Assembly: GCF_006345805.1 (NCBI RefSeq)
Contig: NC_043014.1
Coordinates: forward strand, 20,398,001 to 20,462,000
Length of the DNA: 64,000 bases
Direction of reading: 5' to 3'
Origin: Octopus sinensis
Lineage: Eukaryota
Each line of letters begins with the position of its first letter. Position 1 is the stretch's first letter. A program made the translations under genes and the position numbers. Below are positions 27,678-41,559 of this stretch, one piece after another. The notes under the pieces are model-generated. The model did no database searches, was not told the origin of the DNA, and saw only the letters and a program-made list of their open reading frames with translations.

Positions 27678-27820
27678 ACGACATGCTTCTTTCTGTATTC
27701 GTCTACCAAATCCACTCACAAGGTTTCGCTCAACGTGAAACTATGGAAGCCTTACCCGAGGAATGCGGGACTGACCCCGTGTGGTTGGGAAGGAAGCTTG
27801 CTACCATGCAGCCACGCCCG
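27437..27820 (-). mobile_element. SINE family A
   Basis: Same landmarks as the 15974 copy, with an internal (GT)n. Confidence 0.8.
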
Positions 27821-29039
27821 AGTCCTTGTTTTTAAAAGTAGTTGGGAGCTTGGTTTACATTTCTAGCAAATCGAGCAGCCACAAAGAGACTCACTCATTG
27901 TAAGACAAATAACTTGTATACTGTTCGCATTATAGCACATGCAGGTTCGGGTTAACATTATGGAAGAAAAAAAATGTATTATGTAAATTGTAATAATCAA
28001 CGTGGAATTTAGGAAATTGCGCAATGGCGTCCGTCGGGCGGAAATGAATATTTCTTGAGAACGTAATTGACAGATGGAGTTAATGTAACGTTGAGTGAGA
28101 TGGTGGATTTTAGATAAAATCGCTCCATTAGAATACGTCGGTGAATATGTGGAAAGAGTTAATCGGAAATGTCTTGAAGTATCTTAAAGGGTCAGTGATA
28201 CTGGCGAATATAAAAATATCCCCATGCTGGTCGCAAAATATATTATATGTAGTAGATATATAATATATGTATACTACATATATGTATAAACGTGAGTGTG
28301 TGTGATACATATGTATAAACGTGTGTGTGTGTGCAACGAAATGTACGTATGACTGTATGCCGCGTATGTCTGTATGTGTACTTGTGTGTAGGTATGAAGT
28401 TGGTAGATGAGTGTCTGCGTAAAACTTTGCATTATTCTGTGTATGTGTGTGTTTGTGTGTATGTGTGTGTGTTCGTGTGTGCGTGCGTGCGTGCGTGTGT
28501 GTGTGCAATTGAGTGTAGACAAAAGTGCAAAGTATGTTTGTATGTTTGAAAGTGTATGCGTGTGCGCGCGTGTGTGTGCATATCTTTATGAAAGTAAATG
28601 AACAGGGATGTGGTGGGAGAATGCATGCGCGTGTGCCAGACATAGAGTGACCAGTGATTAAGATAAGATTTAAAAACGTTATGCGAACGAAAATCCTAGA
28701 GATTTATAGACAAACTGTGCCAATATATCTGTGTGTGTATGTGTGTGCGTGTATGTATGTGAGACAGAGAGAGAGAGAGAGCACAAGAGAGAGAGAGACA
28801 GAGACAGAAACAGAGACAGAGACAGAGAGTAGCAGGTTGGCTTAGCTCATGAAACTTGACGTGAAAGCCCACCCAACCGGGCCTTGGCCATTCGGAAGCT
28901 TAAGTGAAGAAAAACAGAATGGCTTCTGCGTTAGAGAGAGAGAGTTTAACTTCTGATCATCAGCTACGTTCTCGAGGATTTATTTTAACTTAGCAGCAAC
29001 AGATGAATACCATTTAGTCATCCAGTGCACCGTACTTGT

Positions 29040-29400
29040 CATAGAGGTGAGTGGTGTGTCTACTTGACATTTGAGTTGCAGGAATGTGAGTGATAATTTC
29101 CATATGAACAGCAAGCGTAGTATAAACCCAATCTTGAGCAGCTAATTTCCAAAATCCATGCTCTTGATAACAGAATGATCATGACCGCTACGAGGTCACT
29201 TCCGTTTCGCAAGAATTTTTGTGGTAAAAGAGAATGACTTTTCATATGACGTATCTATGGGGAACTACGATGGGGTTAAAGTCGCAGGCATCGTCAGGTT
29301 CCTCATTCTGGATATTCTACGAAAGTGTACGTACCCAAACAGTTGAAAACCTATGCAGAGACAATGACATGACCATCATACAATTCGAACTGAACAATGG
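29040..29400 (+). mobile_element. Possible highly decayed LINE RT fragment
   Basis: Broken-frame resemblance to LLxKL, GxxQGS and YADD regions (QLISKIHAL..., LKTYAETMT). Confidence 0.3.
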
Positions 29401-29744
29401 TGGTTAAGTTCTTTCTCTCTGCAATAATGAAAGCTATTTTTCTTCCCTCACTTTGCTTCCGAATGGGTGAACTGATGGTGGTGTTTTCACGTCCACGAAA
29501 CACCAGGTAAGATGCGGAGCTAAGTCAAACGGTTACACAATGAACAAAACAAGGCGTAATAATTTCTTTGTTTTTGATATCGGAAGAAGTTACAGAGTAA
29601 CACAAGAGCCACCTCTTCCGATTACAAACAAACATATACGCATATATACATATGCATATATAAGAATATGTATATATGTATACATATATATGCATATATA
29701 AGCATATATATATATATGAATGTATATATATATATATATACACA

Positions 29745-29978
29745 CAAGTGTCTTCTACTATAGCCTCGGGCCGACCAAAGCCTTGTGAGTGGATTTGGTC
29801 GACGGAAACTGAAAGAAGCCCGTCGTATATCTGTATATATATATGTATGTGTGTGTATGTGTTTGTGTCTGTGCTTGTCCCCCCAACATTGCTTGACGAC
29901 CGATGCTGGTGTGTTTACGCCCCCGTAACTTAGCGGTTCGGCAAAAGAGATCGATAGAATAAGTACTAGGCTTACAAA
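29745..29978 (+). mobile_element. SINE family A internal fragment
   Basis: caagtgtcttctactatagcctcgggccgaccaaagccttgtgagtggatttgg motif. Confidence 0.85.
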
Positions 29979-30488
29979 TACGTACTAGGCATACAAATAC
30001 GTCAGTATAGATGCAGAAAGGACTGCTCAGGTTGCTTGACTGTAAGTTGGCTGAATACATCTCAGATTAATCAATCCAATAATTAAAGATGATGCAATTG
30101 TAGTTATCCTGTGTTTCATGCAATAAAAAAGCTGCAGCAAGACCAACGTTATTAAATGTGTTTGTGTTGGGAACGGGTAGGGTTTCAGGCATATTTGGTT
30201 GCTATTTATAGTCGTTACATTGAAGGATTTCTCTCCGTTACACTTCACTTATATATGCAGGAATTTATTCTACTCAGAAGTTTGTGAACGGATATTTGGG
30301 AAGTTGATATACATATGTTCAGCTCTAAATTAATTCACCGGTAACACCTTCAAGTATACATACATACATACATACATACATACATACATACATACATACA
30401 TAATACATACATACATGCATGCATGCATGCATGCATGCATACATACATACATACATACATATACATACATACATACATACATACTACA

Positions 30489-30523
<35 letters not shown>

Positions 30524-30557
30524 GTGTGTGTGTCTGCGTATGTGTGTACGTATATAT

Positions 30558-30588
<31 letters not shown>

Positions 30589-30591
30589 TAT

Positions 30592-31272
30592 TTGAGGGAA
30601 TATAATCCAAACTTACAAGGGGAAAAAAATTCAATTTAGAAATACTAAATCAAATTTCACACAATATAATATATATATATAAAATTAGAAAAAAAACACC
30701 TTTTATCAATTCAAAATGAACAATTAAATTACACCATCTATAAAATTACATGAAATAGAGATATTAAAATTAAAATAACAATAAAATATCAATGATTAAG
30801 TAAATTGCATAAATAATAATAAAAACGTATATAATTGGTAGAATAACGATAATAATATCAGGGTAATAAAGATTTTAGAATTTTTTAGTACCAGTGACCT
30901 AGCGTATAGAAAAATTAGTCAAGAGACTATATATTATTCATACAAAATACAGTGTACATTTTAACACATTAAACGGTATCCATCATAGGACTCCCTTACG
31001 CCAGAAGGAACAGCTAAAGTTCAAACCATTAATTAGGTATAAAATGTTTAATCTTGTCGTACCTGTTCACGAAGACTTCGCCTACAAAATTATTTTATTT
31101 GCTAAAAAATGTCTGAAACCATGATCCAGGAAATAGATGGTAAATGTTTTTATTATTTATTCCCTTCGAGATTTTATCCCTAATAAGTGGCTTGGACTTT
31201 AGGTGTTCCTTCTAGCGTAAAGATAGTCCTATGATGGATACCTCTTAATGTGTTTAAATGTAGTGTATTTGT
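30592..31272. mobile_element. (AT)n-flanked foldback repeat, copy 1
   Basis: Inverted repeat 30956-31037 / 31179-31261 around a peptide-coding spacer; modules shared with 61600-62175. Confidence 0.75.
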
Positions 31273-31477
31273 ATATATATATATATATATACGTAAATCT
31301 CGAACAATGAAAATGACTGCTAAACAGCGCATTGGTGGATAACGATTCTTTATTTGTGGACTAAGACTTCCATTGCTTTTATGCTAAGAAATCCCTTAAC
31401 AATTATCAAGTCTATCACACAGAATATCGGTGTTCGTTTCCATTTTGGATTAAAACCAACACACAAACACACACGAT

Positions 31478-31534
<57 letters not shown>

Positions 31535-31887
31535 GCATAAATATGTACATATGTATATACATATATATGTACATACATGTGCATATGTATATGTGAGGAT
31601 GTGAAGTGATAGAATATTCCTTCGATTTGAGCGTCCACTTGTTCGATCAGTGTACAAAAATACTCAACAAATTAACCTTCTAAGTCGGTGAATATTACAC
31701 GGACATGAGTATCTTTAACGTAATTCTCAGTAAAATCAGCTTGACATAGGGTTGAACTCTGTATCAGAAATGTAGTTGTTTTTTTCACTGCTTCCACATA
31801 CCTTCGAAATTATGATAAATCTTACACACACACACACACATACACACACATACACACATTCATGCACACACAAATATATATGTTTTT

Positions 31888-32224
31888 TGTTGTTTCAATC
31901 ATTAAACTGCAGCTATGCTGGGGCACCACCTTGAAGTATTTTAGTCGAACGAATCGACCCTAGTACTAATTATTTCTTTCGTAAAGCAAGGTAGTTACTC
32001 AACCGAAACGTAAACATACCGACTTCAGTTTGAAGCGATGGTGGAGGACAAATATATATATATACGACAGGCTTCTTTCAGTTTCCGTCTTACAAATCCA
32101 CTCACAAAGCTTTGGTCAGCCCGAAGCTATTGTAGAAGACGGCTGCCGTAGATGCCACCGAGTGGGTCTGAACCCGCAACCATGTGACTGATAAGCTAAG
32201 CAAACTTCTTTCCATACAGCTACC
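31888..32224 (-). mobile_element. SINE family A, diverged
   Basis: gacaggcttctttcagtttccgtc, aaatccactcacaaagc, gaacccgcaaccatgtg landmarks. Confidence 0.75.
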
Positions 32225-32439
32225 ATATTATCCTTTGGACACTCCATTAAATCTCTCCGGAATTTTTATTCGGTTTTATATTTTTGTAACATTTCTTTTC
32301 AAATTTTTCCTTGACTTTTTTCTTCTATACTCAGAACTATTTGCTTATGATAGTTTAAAATCTATCCTTCTATCTTTCTATATTTAAACGTTTCACACTC
32401 TTATAATTGCACACACATTTATCACATTCTGCACAGAGA

Positions 32440-32990
32440 ACCAAAGTGTTTTACAGCGAGGAAGACGAGATTTTGGTACTCAATAATATGATCTGAGGAA
32501 AACAAATTGTGCTAACATTTTAATTGAAAGTAAATGTATGCTAGCTCGTTTCTTTGCATTTGACAGCTAAAGATGGTGAAATTGGAGTTATTGTATGGAA
32601 AAAGGCTGCTCTGCTTAACCAGAACTTATGTGTGTTGAAAATCATTTAGATGGCCCAAACTGCCTGGAAATACTTGAAAGGTGTCTAATATCCATTTCTC
32701 CAAATGTTGAAAAGTATAAGACGATCGTTCATTTTCCAGAAAGTAGTTCCCGGCTCACCACTTATATACAAGCCATATATCACAGGCTTGGAAAAGACCT
32801 CAAGGAATTAAATCTATGAAACCGGTTGTTCAAAGCAAGCCCCCAGCTTAATCCGATGGAAAACCCATGGAAATATCTTAACAAAAGAAACCTAACAAGA
32901 TCAATTAAACAGCTGAAAGAACTATCAATCGGAAACAGGATAAACATGGATTCATCTGCCACTCATGATTTAATAAAATCCATACTTTTA
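32440..32990 (+). mobile_element. Tc1-like (DD34E) transposase relic
   Basis: SPQLNPMENPWKYL matches the SPDLNPIENLW motif; VENHLDGPNCLEILE matches the upstream Tc1 block; frames broken. Confidence 0.7.
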
Positions 32991-33116
32991 TCGGATGAAA
33001 GTTGTGATATTATTTGAAAGAGGGCCCGCAACATAGTGATACAAGACTTCGATAATTTTTCATTAAGTTCTTATATCTTAACTTATACTTGTGTGTATGT
33101 GTGTGTGTGTGTGAGT

Positions 33117-33149
<33 letters not shown>

Positions 33150-33195
33150 TATGTGTGTGTGCTTTGTGCGTGTGTGTGTGTGTGTGTGTGTACAC

Positions 33196-33226
<31 letters not shown>

Positions 33227-33329
33227 CGCACATGCATGCATACATACACACACACATGTCGTATAGTCCGTCTCAGACAACACTTGCCAAGAACAGGAGC
33301 CAAAAATATACATTAACTTAGAGCTGAAA

Positions 33330-33995
33330 AGGGAAGAGAACCATATCACACTTCGAAGGTTATGCATTTTCAATCCAAGAACAGGAGATTGCTACTAAAC
33401 ACCTAATAAACAAAAGAGACAGTGAAGTCCTTAGAGTTACAAGGCACAGTCGAAAATCTAGATTGTGTCATATTTTTGTGGAAGACATCTCACATGTGAT
33501 TAACAGTTTCAAGATCTTACTTTTCTGTGCGACACGACGTTGTCGCAAAAACAATACATAATGCCATCCCGGGAAAAAAAGACTGTCCTGGAATAAATGT
33601 ACAGAATCACCCCGTTGTGATGTAAAAGAATCAACAAAAGGAATACTGGTGGAACATGCCCACCAGAATATGTGTCAAGTGTAAGCATAACAGGCCGGAC
33701 ATTGTTGTTTGAGGCTGAAAAGAAAGAGTATGTGCCGTCGTAGAGGTCACTTATCCTGCTGATGTGAATATCTCTTACAAAATCAAAGAGAAAGAGGTTA
33801 ACTATGGACAATTGCTTCGAACTTTCCATCTTCTATGTCCAGATTACAAGTTTACATTTATACCAATAATAATTGGTGCACTTGGTTTTGACAGTCAAGA
33901 TAAGCTTGGATTTTCAGAGAAGGAAATCAACAACTTAACTCTTAAACTACAAATACAATCTGTAAGTAAAAATATGCAAGGATTTTCTCAAACTT
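33330..33995 (+). mobile_element. 3' fragment of an RLE-type non-LTR retrotransposon (R4/Dong-like)
   Basis: FEGYAFSIQEQEIAT, SRLC...EDISHV (CCHC relic), RHDVVA, NRPDIVV, AVVEVTYPAD, IPIIIGALG. Confidence 0.8.
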
Positions 33996-34923
33996 AAAAT
34001 GAGACATAGTTTTTGTTATCCACATTCCAATGATTAGAGCTTTTAATCTTGTTTAGAAACCAGCTCCTTCCTCAGTGTAAGGATCTATATATTTAAAGAC
34101 AGAAGAGAAAATACATATATACATATATACATGCATGCATGCATACATACATACATACATACATACATACATACATACATACATACATACATACATACAT
34201 ACATACATACATACATGCATACATATATACATGCATACATACATACATACATACACACATAATCGGTTTTGAGACGGGAGTGATGGCGTTCTTTGTGTTG
34301 GCCATACTGATAATGTTTACTGCTGGTCGTGAAGTTGTGGCTGATAATAAAGTTGGAAGGAAAGTGTATATAAGGATGACTCCCACAAACACCGCTAATA
34401 ACACAACCGTTATAGTCACCGTTATCATCATTACTATCAATACTATCATCATCAGCACTAGAATCATCATCATATAAATTCTACAAATTTCTGTGAATCT
34501 CCATTTTTCCCCTTTATCTCTCTCTCTATACCATTTTCTATCAGTGCTGCCTTGTTGCTGCCGGCGCTGCTGAAATTGGTGTTAATAATGTATTCATATA
34601 GATTTCATTACCAAGATTAAAGAATGAAATCTTTGCAAAAATAATATATTATTTATTCTCCAATACATAATTATATTGATTTCATAAGAACTGTATATTT
34701 CTGTATATACGCATGAATCGTGTGTATCTATACACATAAATTCATATACACAACCATACATACACATATATATTTGTGTGTTGTGTATGTGTGTGTGTGT
34801 GTGTGTGTGAGTGTCTTTATGAATATGCATGCGTATATGTGTTATATTTGCTTGCCTATTAACTATTACAACACTACAGATTTTAAAATTTAAATGCAAA
34901 CCATATATATATATATACGCATT

Positions 34924-34968
<45 letters not shown>

Positions 34969-35033
34969 TGTTTGTTTTTTGTTTTTTTCCAGTTTCAGCT
35001 CTTGAGCTGTGGCCATGCTGGGGCACCGCCATT

Positions 35034-35382
35034 GTGGTGAAAGAGTACAGCAGGGATCACCACCCCCTGCCGGAGCCTCGTAGAGCTTTTTTAGGTGTTT
35101 TCGCTCAATAAACACACAACGCCCGGTCTGAGAATCGAAACCGCGATCCTGCGACCGCGAGTCCGCTGCCCTAACCACTGGGCCATTGCGCCTCTACAAC
35201 AGGAAGTAGAGAAAGTTGTGATGAAAGAGTACAGCAGGGATCACCACCATCCCTGCCGGAGCCTCATGGAGCTTTAGGTGTTTTCGCTCAATAAACACTC
35301 ACAACGCCCGGTCTGGGAATCGAAACCGCGATCCTATGACCGCGAGTCCGCTGCCCTAACCACTGGGCCATTGCGCCTCCAC
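35034..35382 (-). mobile_element. Tandem dimer of tRNA-derived SINE family B (35034-35196, 35198-35382)
   Basis: Two near-identical heads ggcgcaatggcccagtggttagggcagcggactcgcggtc...gtttcgattc. Confidence 0.9.
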
Positions 35383-35751
35383 TATATATATATATATATA
35401 TATATATAATTTAAATATATAATATATATATATTTATATATATATTTATATATATGTATATTCACACATTATATATACATATATGTATACACATTTACAT
35501 ATATATATATATATATATATATCTTCAAATACATCGAGTCTCACTTCAACTGACCGCACTAGGTATTAAGGAAGTGAGCATCAAAATGGTAAACGTTTGC
35601 ACAGCAGCCAAGCATGAATACATTGTCAATAAATTCTTTTCAATTCAACTGAAAAGCATTCAAAGATTTTTCGAGTAAATCATTGACAAGCCTTTTACCA
35701 CACGCTCAGAACATTCGCACATACCATACATACATATATATATACATATAG

Positions 35752-35862
<111 letters not shown>

Positions 35863-36460
35863 TGTGTGTACAAACATGGTTTGTTGTAAATTGAGCAAAT
35901 GACGAGGAATGTATTTTATGCAATACATCTGAGATTTGAATAAATTCTTAAAAAGCATCTGTCAATAAAATAGCCACGACGCCATAATGTCGCACAGGGT
36001 GGTCAACGAGCCTCCGTTTTGACAAACCATTTCCATAAAAAAAGCATCAAGTCGAAACTTATGTCTATAGACGATAACATAACTCAGACAGACGATACAT
36101 TATTTTAATAAAATATCCACCAAAAATAAATTTCTTAAGTTTTTCGGAAATATTCCCCACAGCAAGAAATCTAACTTCAATACATTTCAGTAAAAAAAAA
36201 AAAATAGAAGCAAAAAACTGTATCTAAACCACATTCATGAAATAAGCGCACATCATGTATGTATGTATGTATGTATGTATGTATGTATGTATGTATGTAT
36301 AGATGCGTGTATGTGTACATATATATATATGTGTGTATTATAGATTAATTGCTAGATAGTTATAGATACAGATATAGATATATAAGCACATATACATATG
36401 TGTATGTATGTATATGTCTGTATATACACACGTACACACGCACGTAAATATATGTATATA

Positions 36461-36667
36461 TATTTTTCTACTCTAGGCACAAGGCCCGAAATTTTGGGGT
36501 CTAGTCGATTAGATCGACCCCAATGCGTAACTGGTACTTAATTTATCGACCTCGAAAGGATGAAAGACAAAGTCGACCGCCGCAAAATTTGAGCTCAGAA
36601 CATGAAGACAGACGGAATAACACTAACCATTTCGCCTGCGTGCTAACGTTTCTGCTAGCTCGATGCC
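36461..36667 (-). mobile_element. SINE family C, near full length
   Basis: Head to ...cgggccttgtgcctagagtagaaaa tail on the minus strand. Confidence 0.85.
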
Positions 36668-37029
36668 TTAATATATGTATATATATAAATGCATTTATGT
36701 ATATATTTCTGTGCGTGTATATATATACATATATATATATATACACACACTCACAGACTTCGTAGATTTGTAAATATAACGAAATTTTGACTTCATTCAA
36801 ATCGGAAATTGTACGTCAACATTCAATTTTAGAGTGATAATATAATACCGTATGATCGTGTTAATAATATTAAACCGTTTGAAATATTAGGGCAAAGTAT
36901 ATATAGTAAGATATATATATTTGTATATTTGCTTCTATGCTTCTCAAGTGCGTATTTAAGAATGCAACTGACGCACCGTCGATGACAATGAATGTTCCAG
37001 TTGATCCGATAACTGGAACAGTCTGATTG

Positions 37030-37245
37030 TGAAATTAACGTGCCAGTGACAGAGCACGCCACAGACACGCGTACCCGTAACATAGTTCTCGGGGAGATTC
37101 AACGTGATACAGAATGTGACAAAGCTGGCCTTTTGAATTACAGGTGCTACCTCATTTTATGCCAGCTTAGTGGACTGGTGCAGCGGGAAATAAATGCCTT
37201 GCTCAAAGATACAATTCGCGCCGGGATTCGAAGTCACGAGCCTAA
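37030..37245 (-). mobile_element. SINE family D-like, diverged
   Basis: tttgagcaaggcattt motif and cttcgaatccc B-box on the minus strand. Confidence 0.6.
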
Positions 37246-37276
37246 GCATTAAGTTATGTTTTTTAAGAACGTACAA

Positions 37277-38832
37277 TCTATATCTATAAAACTGAGAAGG
37301 TGTGTCTGACTGCTGTCTGTCTGCGTGTTTTCCTAAAACTTGAGAACTACACAACCAATTTCATTCAAATTTTACTTATGTCTTACTTAGGGTCCATGTA
37401 GTTTCATAGGCAAAAAGAATGTTCAACTTCTTGCCTAGGGCGATCCCATAGCAATGTCATATCTTCTCCACTATTTCAGTATTACGTGTTAAAAGTGAAA
37501 CAAAAACATTTCTCTATTTTATCTCAGATACTTTCACTTTAGCAATAAAAATTAGAGATAATAACAATTGAATTATATGTAGTAAGTAATAATTAAAATC
37601 AAACTAAATTAAATCGTAACATAACAATTAAAAGTAAAAATAGCAATTGGTATAAAATTACATCAAGGACTTGAACTTGAATAAGTGGTTTCACATGAAT
37701 GGGAATAAATTAAAAATAAAATAAGTGTCCAGATGGAGATAGATTATCTGCTAATTAGCTAGCATTATGTATCTATATGACGTTTGGCTGTATGTAATGT
37801 CTGTTTTCTCGAACAGCCGCTTCTACTGAGTACTGCTGTTGGTTTATTTCTTATACATAAAGGACTATAGCTTCAACTGCGTACTGCTTTTTGATTAACC
37901 GTAAGGTTTGTTGTTATTATTATTACTTTTAACTATCGTTATCACGTTTGTTGGTTCCTCGTAAGGGAAACGTTGTTGTGTTGCATTTGTTGAATAATTG
38001 TAGACTCTAACCCTCCCCCTTTGGGAGAAGGAGCTTTGGTTATTGTTAAAAAATTGAATTGTGTCCCTGTTTGGGGAAATTGACAATATTTTCACCGTTT
38101 ATACGGAAGCATTTTTGTTAAAATGTCTTCGATAGAAGAAAGTCCAAAAATGAATTTCGCTGCAGCCGTAGGTGGGCGCGAGCTCATTAAAATTAAAATG
38201 GAAGAAATACAAACCTATTTCAGATTGATCACCGATAAAGACTGTGAATCTAGGATAACACCACCAAACGAAATAAAAAATGAAATTAAAGAAAAGAGTA
38301 TTGTCTATAAAGTATACAATGTAGAGAAAAAAGAAGATTTGAACACCTGGAGGAAAGCACCATCGAAAAGTGTCTCGGTACGACTATGAAAGATATCAAG
38401 TATCTAACCAGAGGCGGTAAATTTGCCACGATAGAAGCAAGCTTCGAGTCAACGGAGCGTGCAAGAGAGTACTCGACTCGAACCTTGCAAAGTTGAAATA
38501 TTTTATTTTTACCTTTATATCTGGGACGTAGGATGTCCCGGACAAAAATTTAAAATGTCCCTCCAGAAGTAGATGTAGGCTGGATTGTAGCCGCACTTCT
38601 ATACAAGAGGGAGGAGAAGATACAATTGATTAAAATTGCAAGAGACAGGCCTACAATTTCAGTCTGTTATATATTTTGAGTATTGTTATCACTAGCGATA
38701 TCAAGATATAACTTTGTATTTTGTATTTTATGTGTAGATGTATATATATATATAGATATACATGTAACATATATATACACATATATACATGCACTAGCAC
38801 TATGACCCGGCAACGACGGGTCATAGTGTTAG
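37277..38832 (+). mobile_element. Non-autonomous Helitron, both ends present (1556 bp)
   Basis: A|TCTATATCTATAAAA 5' end; 3' perfect 11-bp hairpin ACTATGACCCG/CGGGTCATAGT then G-TTAG|T; A/T target dinucleotide. Confidence 0.8.
38123..38690 (+). pseudogene. Captured ORF1-like N-terminus, probably L1/Tx1-type LINE
   Basis: MNFAAAVGG..., then after a frameshift IKYLTRGGKFATIEASFES..., PLYLGRRMSRTKI*NVPPEVDVGWIVAAL, resembling RRM-type ORF1; family assignment is inference. Confidence 0.5.
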
Positions 38833-39187
38833 TTGTGTATATGATCCATGTATAAAGTCGGTGGTTTAATATCTTGTAACTAGTTACTTCTTTGTGAGTT
38901 GACGGATCAGGCTTTAAGATTTTTGTTTCATTCTTACTATTTAATGCATACATTTTTCAAATGGATAATTTCTACATTTACTACTGCAATTATATCATTT
39001 GTTGGTAAAAATTTGGAAATACTTGTGTAAAAATAATATTTTCGACCAGATTTTTTAGATAATATTCAGTAGTGTAAGTTTGTATCTTTCGCATTGTTGC
39101 TTACCCCCGCTCTTTCTTGATCCACGGACGTCTGAGCAAATGCGTTTTAATTATGTTCCAGTCAAGACATTCTCGTTATCGTCATTT

Positions 39188-39585
39188 TACTCTTTTACTG
39201 CTTTACTTGTTTCAGTCATTTGACTGTGGCCATGCTGGAGCACCGCTTTTAGTCGAGAAAATCGACCCCAGGACTTATTCTTTGTAAGCCTAGTACTTAT
39301 TCTATCGTACTCTTTTGCCGAACCGCTAAGTTACGGGGGAGTAGACACACCAGCATCGGTTGTCAAGCGATGTTGGGGGAACAAACATAGACACACAAAC
39401 ACATACACATACATACATATTCGACGGGATTCTTTCAGTTTCCGTCTACCAAATCCACTCGCAAGACTTTGGTCGGCCCGAGGCTACAGTGGAAGACACT
39501 TGCCTAAGGTGCAACGCAGTGGGACTGAACCCGGAACCATGTGGTTCATAAGCAAGCTACTTACCACACAGCCACTCCTACGCCT
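39188..39585 (-). mobile_element. SINE family A, full length
   Basis: Aligns end to end with the 15974 copy. Confidence 0.9.
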
Positions 39586-40319
39586 ATAACCACTCGTACG
39601 CCTATTTATTCAGACATATTATATGAAGGCCAGTGTTATCCAAAGAGTCTTTTCTTTTCGGGTGATTTGAGAGATATTTGATTGCTAATTCCGGTTACTA
39701 ATAAGATATTCATTCATTAGCTCGCCTGCATTGGATAATTCCTTTATGCAAAATTTTATATTAGAAACCACATACACTTAAATCGCTGGTATAATACTGA
39801 GTATCATAAAATACTTATTAATCCTATTCAGCTATACATATCTTTTCCCAAGAACATTATACGTGTTTGCAGCTACTATTGCTGGGCGTTTGGCTCAGAG
39901 AAGAGTCCATCAGGTTAATCAACGGACCACAGTATTGCCATAGGCGAAAGTGACAAGTTGTTTTCCTTTTAATTTTGTTTCTGTTTATTTTCTGGTGTTT
40001 TTGGGCAATCAGTTAATAAAATCTTGTCTTCCGTCTGCTGAGAAATTTCCGATTGCTGTGAGAGCTATGTGAATAATTTAGTGACTGTTTTCACATTGAG
40101 AACCAATATGCAAATTACTTCAACCTGCGGGGATTAAAACAGGCCTTCCATCTGGCATCTAGTATTTATTATTCTTTTTTTCCTTTTTTCTCCGTTTTTC
40201 TAAAAGTGTGCTGTAACAGTGAGTGGTGACTGATTCTGTCTAATAAAATTCTATGTACTAATTTAGAATTGAGTGGTATTTTGTGATGGATTGATCAAGT
40301 TAGCACTGTTACTACAGCA

Positions 40320-40755
40320 TTAGTTATGGAAGAGATGGTGTTGTTGGTATTGTTGTTGTTATTGTTGTTGTTGTTTTTGTTGGTGGTGGTGGTTACGGTG
40401 GTGGTGGTTACGGTAGTAGTGATCGTTCTCGTGGTAGCTGTGATGGTGATGGGAGTCATCGTCGTTTTGTATTCATGGTGGTGTGATGGTAACATTGCTG
40501 AGGTAAAGTTGTTCGCGATCACCACCATGACAACATCAACAACTATTCCAGCAGCATCTTCAACAGTATCATCATCATCACGAGCTATAGCTACATCATC
40601 ATCATCATATCCATCATCATGGCCACCTTCACAAATAAACGATAATCTAGGAATTTTTTGTCTACTCAACACTTTTTTCTTTTTCGATTGTATTTTCTTT
40701 CTGCCTCACTCTGATCTACTACCCTTCATTCTCCTCCTCCCCTTTTTCCATCACT

Positions 40756-40827
<72 letters not shown>

Positions 40828-40945
40828 GACCACAACCATCACCAACACCACCACTTCTACAAATACTTCTACCGACACTACTACTACTTCCATCCCCACC
40901 ATCACCATCACCTCCACTACAAATACAACTACTACTAATACTACT
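40320..40945. repeat. Compound trinucleotide block (GTT/GGT, CAT, CTA, CAC)
   Basis: Direct; explains the 208-aa poly-L/V ORF. Confidence 0.9.
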
Positions 40946-41559
40946 AAATTGATGCAGACAACATTATCAAAGAGTATAAAACGAAGTCTTACCAAATAAT
41001 TATTTATTCTTGAATAAATAACTATATTGATTTCATAAACAACTTTACACGACTATATATAAACATAGAAGTGTATATGTATACGCACATATAAGTTTGA
41101 TTGTTTATGCATGTGGTTACATGCCACTGTGAGCACATGCATTTAACATATATTATATATACATACAGACACAAATACATCTATACATACTAACACACGC
41201 AGACACATCCATACTCACATGCGTCTGTATCTGTATGTGATGCGGCGCTAACTCAAAAATAAAACAGGAACTTAAGCTTAAATTTATTTATGTAGCGAAG
41301 TATATTATGTATCTTTTCATCCAGATGCGAATGACGTCAAGCTCGCAGCATTAAAGAAGCATATCATGAGTTATAATAGAGACGCAGGTATGGCTGTGTG
41401 ACAAAGAATTTCGCTCCACATCCTCGTGGCATCGAGTTCAGTCCTACTGCATGGCTTTTTTAACATCTCAAATGGTGCTAAGATTGATATTGGTACCTCA
41501 CTATCGAGAACATAGCGTCGCAAGTCAACCTTTTAACACTCACCTATTGTGTTTTAGAC

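Noticed and set aside
35120-35382. Genuine tRNA-Arg genes
   Set aside because: A and B boxes are present, but the acceptor stem is not closed and SINE body sequence follows.
40326-40952. 208-aa hydrophobic ORF resembling a membrane protein
   Set aside because: Built from GTT/GGT/CTA trinucleotide runs; no domain signal.
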